Shown: positions 59,970-64,000 of the stretch, in pieces
Position numbering within the stretch: position 1 is the stretch's first letter
Layout of the letters: the number at the start of each line of letters is the position of its first letter
Program-made: the position numbers and the translations under genes
Notes under the pieces: model-generated
Databases searched by the model: none
Told to the model about the DNA's origin: nothing
The model's input: only the letters and a program-made list of their open reading frames with translations
NCBI GenBank assembly: GCA_049969935.1
Contig: JBMFNX010000004.1
Span: forward strand, 2,366 to 66,365
Direction: 5' to 3'
DNA length: 64,000 bases
Source of the DNA: Nitrososphaeria archaeon
Lineage (GTDB): Archaea > Thermoproteota > Nitrososphaeria > JACIWG01

Positions 59970-61322
59970 ATGGATTCCCTTGAATATGATGCTGTGATTG
60001 TTGGAGCTGGAACAGCTGGATCACTTGCAGCCTTAGCTTTAGCTGAAAGAGGAGCTAAAGTTCTTTTAGTCGACTCAAAACCTAGGGAGTTGATTGGAAA
60101 GAAAGTTTGTGGAGACGCTTTAGGAGTACATCATATAAGAGAAGTTTTAATTCCATTTCCTCCAAAAGAAGCCTACGATGGCATATTTAGTGCTGTAAGA
60201 GTATATTCTCCTTCAAAAAAATATTCTGTGAAAGTTGAAGGTGAAGGTTTAGCCTTAAACAGGCACGCGTTCGGCCAATGGCTACTAAGTTTAGCACTGG
60301 ATAGGGGTGTGGAACTTCGAGACAGCACTAGAGCGGAAACGTTAAAGTTCGAAGATAATAGAGCAAGAGAGTTAAAGATAGTTGACCTAAAAGGTAATAT
60401 AACATGTTATGTTAGAGGAAAATATTTTATTGACGCCTCAGGATATTATGGAATTTTAAGAAGACAGGTTCCAGAAACTTTCGGACTAGAGAAAGAAATA
60501 GCCCAGAAGGACGTTTGTGTAACATATAGGGAAATAAGAAGAGTAAATGGTGTTGAAGAACCTGATGTTGCAAGAATATTTTTAGACGAAAACATGGCTC
60601 CAGGAGGATACTGGTGGTATTTTCCAAAAGACACCAAGACAGTAAACTTTGGCGTCGGAGTTCAAGGTGGAAGAGGCATAAACCCCAAAAAAAATCTTTA
60701 TGAAATATTAAGGAAAAATGATATATTAAAGGATTCTGAGGTCATAGATGCTGGGGGAGGGATTGTTCCAACAAGAAGGAACCTTTACACTTTAGTCGCA
60801 TATAATGTGCTTTTCGCTGGAGATGCAGCATGCACAGCTAACCCAATCCACGGTGGAGGGATAGGGCCATCAATGCTTTCAGGCAGATTATGTGGGGAGG
60901 CTGTAGCAGAAGCATTAGCTGACCCTGAAAATGAAGATGAAAGGCTTTGGGAGGCGAACAAAAGGTATGTTAGCCTCTATGGGGCGAAGGCTGCATCATT
61001 GGACATATTCAGAATATTTTTACAAAATCTGACAAATGATGAGATAGAGTTTGGAATGAGTAAGGGGCTGGTTACAGATGATGATATCGCGGACATAGGA
61101 TATGGTAGGGCAGACTTTACAGTTAGAGAGAAGGCGCTAAAGATTATTAGGGGTATAACAAGGCCTACAATGCTCAAAAACTTGGCTGAAACAGCAAAGT
61201 ATATGAAGATTGTGAAACAAGAGTATCTGAATTATCCAGACCATACACTGTTTCCACAGTGGGTTAGAAGGGTGGAAGGCATATTTAACGAGTACATTCA
61301 AAAGTTTATTATAAAAAGTTAG
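59970..61322 (+). CDS. Geranylgeranyl reductase family flavoprotein
   Basis: N-terminal FAD-binding YDAVIVGAGTAGSLAALALAERGAKVLLVD; GGR-like body; 450 aa. Confidence 0.65.
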   Translation: MDSLEYDAVIVGAGTAGSLAALALAERGAKVLLVDSKPRELIGKKVCGDALGVHHIREVLIPFPPKEAYDGIFSAVRVYSPSKKYSVKVEGEGLALNRHAFGQWLLSLALDRGVELRDSTRAETLKFEDNRARELKIVDLKGNITCYVRGKYFIDASGYYGILRRQVPETFGLEKEIAQKDVCVTYREIRRVNGVEEPDVARIFLDENMAPGGYWWYFPKDTKTVNFGVGVQGGRGINPKKNLYEILRKNDILKDSEVIDAGGGIVPTRRNLYTLVAYNVLFAGDAACTANPIHGGGIGPSMLSGRLCGEAVAEALADPENEDERLWEANKRYVSLYGAKAASLDIFRIFLQNLTNDEIEFGMSKGLVTDDDIADIGYGRADFTVREKALKIIRGITRPTMLKNLAETAKYMKIVKQEYLNYPDHTLFPQWVRRVEGIFNEYIQKFIIKS

Positions 61323-61337
61323 GGAGAGAGTTTAAGC

Positions 61338-62786
61338 CTACTCCCCTGGCAAGATGATGTCGTGAGGCTTAAGCTCCTCCATTCCAGAAAACGTTACAAG
61401 ACCGAACCTAGCCTTATTCCAGAGGTCTCTAATATTTCTTGCACCAGCATAGCCTAATGAAGCCTTCAAACCTAGTGAGAATTCTTCGATCACAATTTGG
61501 GCGTCACCACGATATGGAACATATCCTTCAACACCCTCGGCAATACCTTTAGCCACTGTAGCATAGCGGTCAACTACAAAACGCTTTTGTCTCGCGGAAA
61601 GGCTGCCCATACCACGCAAAGGCTTATAGTACTTTCCTCCAATCTTGATAAGCTCCCCTGGTGATTCACTGCAGCCAGCGAAGACCATGCCCATCATAAC
61701 AGTTGAGGCGCCAGCGGCTAGAGCGAGCATCGCATCACCAGGACTTCTTACACCACCATCAGCTATAATTGGTATGCTTAAGTTAAGTTCTTCGAGTGCG
61801 TCAGCAACCTCTGATACAGCAAAAAGTGTTGGAGCAGCGGCTTTGGTAACCAGTGATGTTATACATGTGGAGCCTGAACCTATTCCAACCCTAACAGCTT
61901 CAAACCTTTCAACAGTTTCAACTGAATCCTTTAATGCTTCACCAGTACCTATATTTCCAATAACAAACTCGGCTGAAACCTCCTTAACAAGCTTTCTAGC
62001 AGATTTTAGGACATTTGAATTGTGAAAGTGTGCAACATCACATACGAGTGCATCAACATACCTGTCTAAAGCCTTAGCTCTTTCTAAATCGAATGGGGAA
62101 ATTGCAGCAGCAACCCTCAACCTTCCCTCAGAATCTCTTGTAGCATGAACATACTTTTCTCTAGAATAGATGTCTTTTATTGTTATAAGCCCAAGAAGCC
62201 TACCACCTTCATCTACAACAGGAAGCTTTTCAATCCTATGGTCATGCATTATCTTCTTCGCTTCCTCGACAGTCACATTCGGTGGAGCGGTCACAACCTT
62301 TTTCGTCATAACATCTCTGACAACACAATTTTGGTCAGCGAAGGCAACATCCCTTTTAGTAAGTATTCCAACAAGCCTTCCTCCTTCAACAACCGGAAGA
62401 CCTGAAATATTATATTTTTTCATAACAGAAATTGCTTCACCAACGGTTGAGCCAGGCTCGATAGTGTAAACGTCTTTGATTATAAAGGATTCAGCCCTCT
62501 TAACCCTCTTAACCTCCTCAACCTGCTCTTCTACGGTCATGTTACGGTGTATGACTCCGATGCCTCCGAGGCGGGCGATGGCTATAGCCATGTCACTGCC
62601 AGTAACCGTGTCCATTGGACTAGAAACAAAGGGCAGGGATACAGGAATGTTCTTTGTAAAATATGAGCTCAAATCTATTTCTGAAGGTTCAACCTCAGAC
62701 CTTCTAGGCAATATTATAAAATCCTTGAATGTGAAGACGTTTGTTGCCTCAACCAATTTTTTATAAAACTTATTTGGCAAGGACAC
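61338..62786 (-). CDS. guaB: Inosine-5'-monophosphate dehydrogenase (with CBS pair)
   Basis: CBS pair in N-terminal third; catalytic loop VRVGIGSGSTCIT; GGVRSPGD; 482 aa. Confidence 0.9.
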   Translation of the reverse strand: MSLPNKFYKKLVEATNVFTFKDFIILPRRSEVEPSEIDLSSYFTKNIPVSLPFVSSPMDTVTGSDMAIAIARLGGIGVIHRNMTVEEQVEEVKRVKRAESFIIKDVYTIEPGSTVGEAISVMKKYNISGLPVVEGGRLVGILTKRDVAFADQNCVVRDVMTKKVVTAPPNVTVEEAKKIMHDHRIEKLPVVDEGGRLLGLITIKDIYSREKYVHATRDSEGRLRVAAAISPFDLERAKALDRYVDALVCDVAHFHNSNVLKSARKLVKEVSAEFVIGNIGTGEALKDSVETVERFEAVRVGIGSGSTCITSLVTKAAAPTLFAVSEVADALEELNLSIPIIADGGVRSPGDAMLALAAGASTVMMGMVFAGCSESPGELIKIGGKYYKPLRGMGSLSARQKRFVVDRYATVAKGIAEGVEGYVPYRGDAQIVIEEFSLGLKASLGYAGARNIRDLWNKARFGLVTFSGMEELKPHDIILPGE

Positions 62787-62835
62787 TATCCCCTTGCCAC
62801 AATATTAGATATTAATGTGGTAATTAACTCTTTTG

Positions 62836-63387
62836 CTAAGACTTTTCAAGCATCTTTTCAAAAGTCCAGGTTATAAGATTCAATATTTCCTTAAGCCTAC
62901 TTTTAGTCCTATAATTTTCTATAGTAATCTTTTTTATAACACCCTCAGAATCTTCTTCAACAGAAAATTTTAGAACCTCATCATCCTTTAGCATGCCACT
63001 CTTAACCTGAGCCCTATCAACTTCAACCATCTGTGGAAGCTTTTTACCCATCAAATATGATGTGAAAGGTGGAGTGGAACTCTTCAACTTTATAGATGAT
63101 GCTGGAACAACGATAACATTCTTTGACGAAATGTATGCTGTAGCAATAATCCTGCCATCCTTAGCCTTTAAAGGCGTAACCTCCTCACCCACAACCTCCT
63201 TAGCCTCCTCCTTCACTTCAGCAACTTGCTTGATTTCTTCAGCAGGCCGAAACCCCTTCTGTAGAAGGAAACTGTCTATAACTGCCAGAGTTTCACGTAA
63301 TGCTTCAATCTCCCTTTCAAGAGACTTTATCCTCTCTTCAATCCAAAGCTTTGTTTCAGCAACCTTCTTAATTTCATCCTCACTCAA
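62836..63387 (-). CDS. Hypothetical protein (N-terminal coiled coil, C-terminal beta-rich domain)
   Basis: 183-aa ORF, no recognisable catalytic motif. Confidence 0.3.
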   Translation of the reverse strand: MSEDEIKKVAETKLWIEERIKSLEREIEALRETLAVIDSFLLQKGFRPAEEIKQVAEVKEEAKEVVGEEVTPLKAKDGRIIATAYISSKNVIVVPASSIKLKSSTPPFTSYLMGKKLPQMVEVDRAQVKSGMLKDDEVLKFSVEEDSEGVIKKITIENYRTKSRLKEILNLITWTFEKMLEKS

Positions 63388-63412
63388 AGATTCTCACACA
63401 CTATATGCTATA

Positions 63413-64000
63413 CTATGTATATAACGTTTTTTGTTCAAGAAAAAATTTTTGACCAAAATACTTTTCCAACGCAATTAGAATAAGGAAGGAAACTAATGTC
63501 GAAACCGTACGCTCATAGAGCATAAGGGGAAAGCTTATTACAAGAAAACTAGCGTTAATGTTCAAAAGAAAAATGGCTAACATTGTTCCAGTAGCATGCT
63601 GAAAAAATGTAGATGAGAACGTGTTCAAAAGAATCCTAAACTTTCCTCTAACAATATAGTATAAAAGAGATGAAATAGAAGCAATCGTATGAGGTATTAT
63701 GAACCACCAGACTTCACTATAGTAGTATATGAGAAAAGCTGAAAATAGTAGAAGGTAAAGGAAGACGATATAGGATAACCGCCTACGATTTAAGCCTGAC
63801 GCTAACGCACCAGCCATCGGCACAATTGGAGTAAGAAAACCGAAAAAAGAAGTTGGATTAAAGAAGAGGTAAGCCAGTGCACCAATAAGCATAGAAAAGG
63901 GACCATATATGGGGCCGAGAAGATATCCTGCTACTGGAGGAATAGCTAGGGACAGGGAAAATGAGCCTTGTCCGCCAACCAAGCCTGTGCCTACAGGTAT
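63413..64000 (-). CDS. Multi-TM membrane protein, ECF-S-component-like; N-terminus probably beyond window edge
   Basis: Reading frame stays open to position 64000; Gly/Pro-rich first helix (PPVAGYLLGPIYGPF) similar in style to 50499-51053. Confidence 0.4.
   Translation of the reverse strand: MPVGTGLVGGQGSFSLSLAIPPVAGYLLGPIYGPFSMLIGALAYLFFNPTSFFGFLTPIVPMAGALASGLNRRRLSYIVFLYLLLFSAFLIYYYSEVWWFIIPHTIASISSLLYYIVRGKFRILLNTFSSTFFQHATGTMLAIFLLNINASFLVISFPLMLYERTVSTLVSFLILIALEKYFGQKFFLEQKTLYT

Noticed and set aside
1-64000. Search for CRISPR arrays, tRNA/rRNA genes, transposases, integrases or prophage genes
   Set aside because: No direct-repeat arrays, no tRNA-like GC-rich cloverleaf candidates in intergenic regions, and no ORF with transposase/integrase motifs; intergenic spacers are all short except the ncRNA locus

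Overview
This is a compact, AT-rich archaeal chromosomal segment with about 60 tightly packed genes and no obvious mobile elements, CRISPR arrays, tRNAs or rRNAs. Gene content points to a TACK/Thaumarchaeota-like archaeon: eukaryote-type topoisomerase IB, thermosome, RadA, ABCE1, GPN-loop GTPase, an NFACT/RqcH homolog, and isoprenoid-ether lipid genes (GGGP synthase, geranylgeranyl reductase, cis-prenyltransferase, a Tes-like radical SAM).

Readable blocks are:
- (i) an alpha-glucan/glycogen cluster (GT4 glycosyltransferases, a GalT-like HIT enzyme, GH57) followed by apgM;
- (ii) a GC-rich structured ncRNA, probably RNase P RNA, abutting the apgM stop;
- (iii) housekeeping genes: topo IB, purA, uppS, cobA-like, argS, asnS, pyrC, pyrF, guaB, a NAPRTase;
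- (iv) a heterotrophy-like sugar/amino-sugar salvage island: two BadF-type sugar kinases, two SIS-domain proteins, a class I PMI fused to an unknown N-domain, a Pot-type ABC transporter with two substrate-binding proteins, and a URO-D-like gene interrupted by two in-frame stops around a GC-rich hairpin-rich insert;
- (v) recombination/repair: radA plus a full-length RadA paralog with a destroyed Walker A motif, and an NreA-like + SPL-like radical SAM pair;
- (vi) a type II (fumble-type) pantothenate kinase next to an ECF-S-like membrane protein;
- (vii) a roughly 900-aa sequon-rich surface protein with CARDB/DUF11-like repeats.

No single obviously new multi-gene system stands out. The most unusual observations are the inactivated RadA paralog module, the interrupted URO-D gene with its structured insert, the PMI fusion and sugar island, and a small eL22-like protein upstream of argS.
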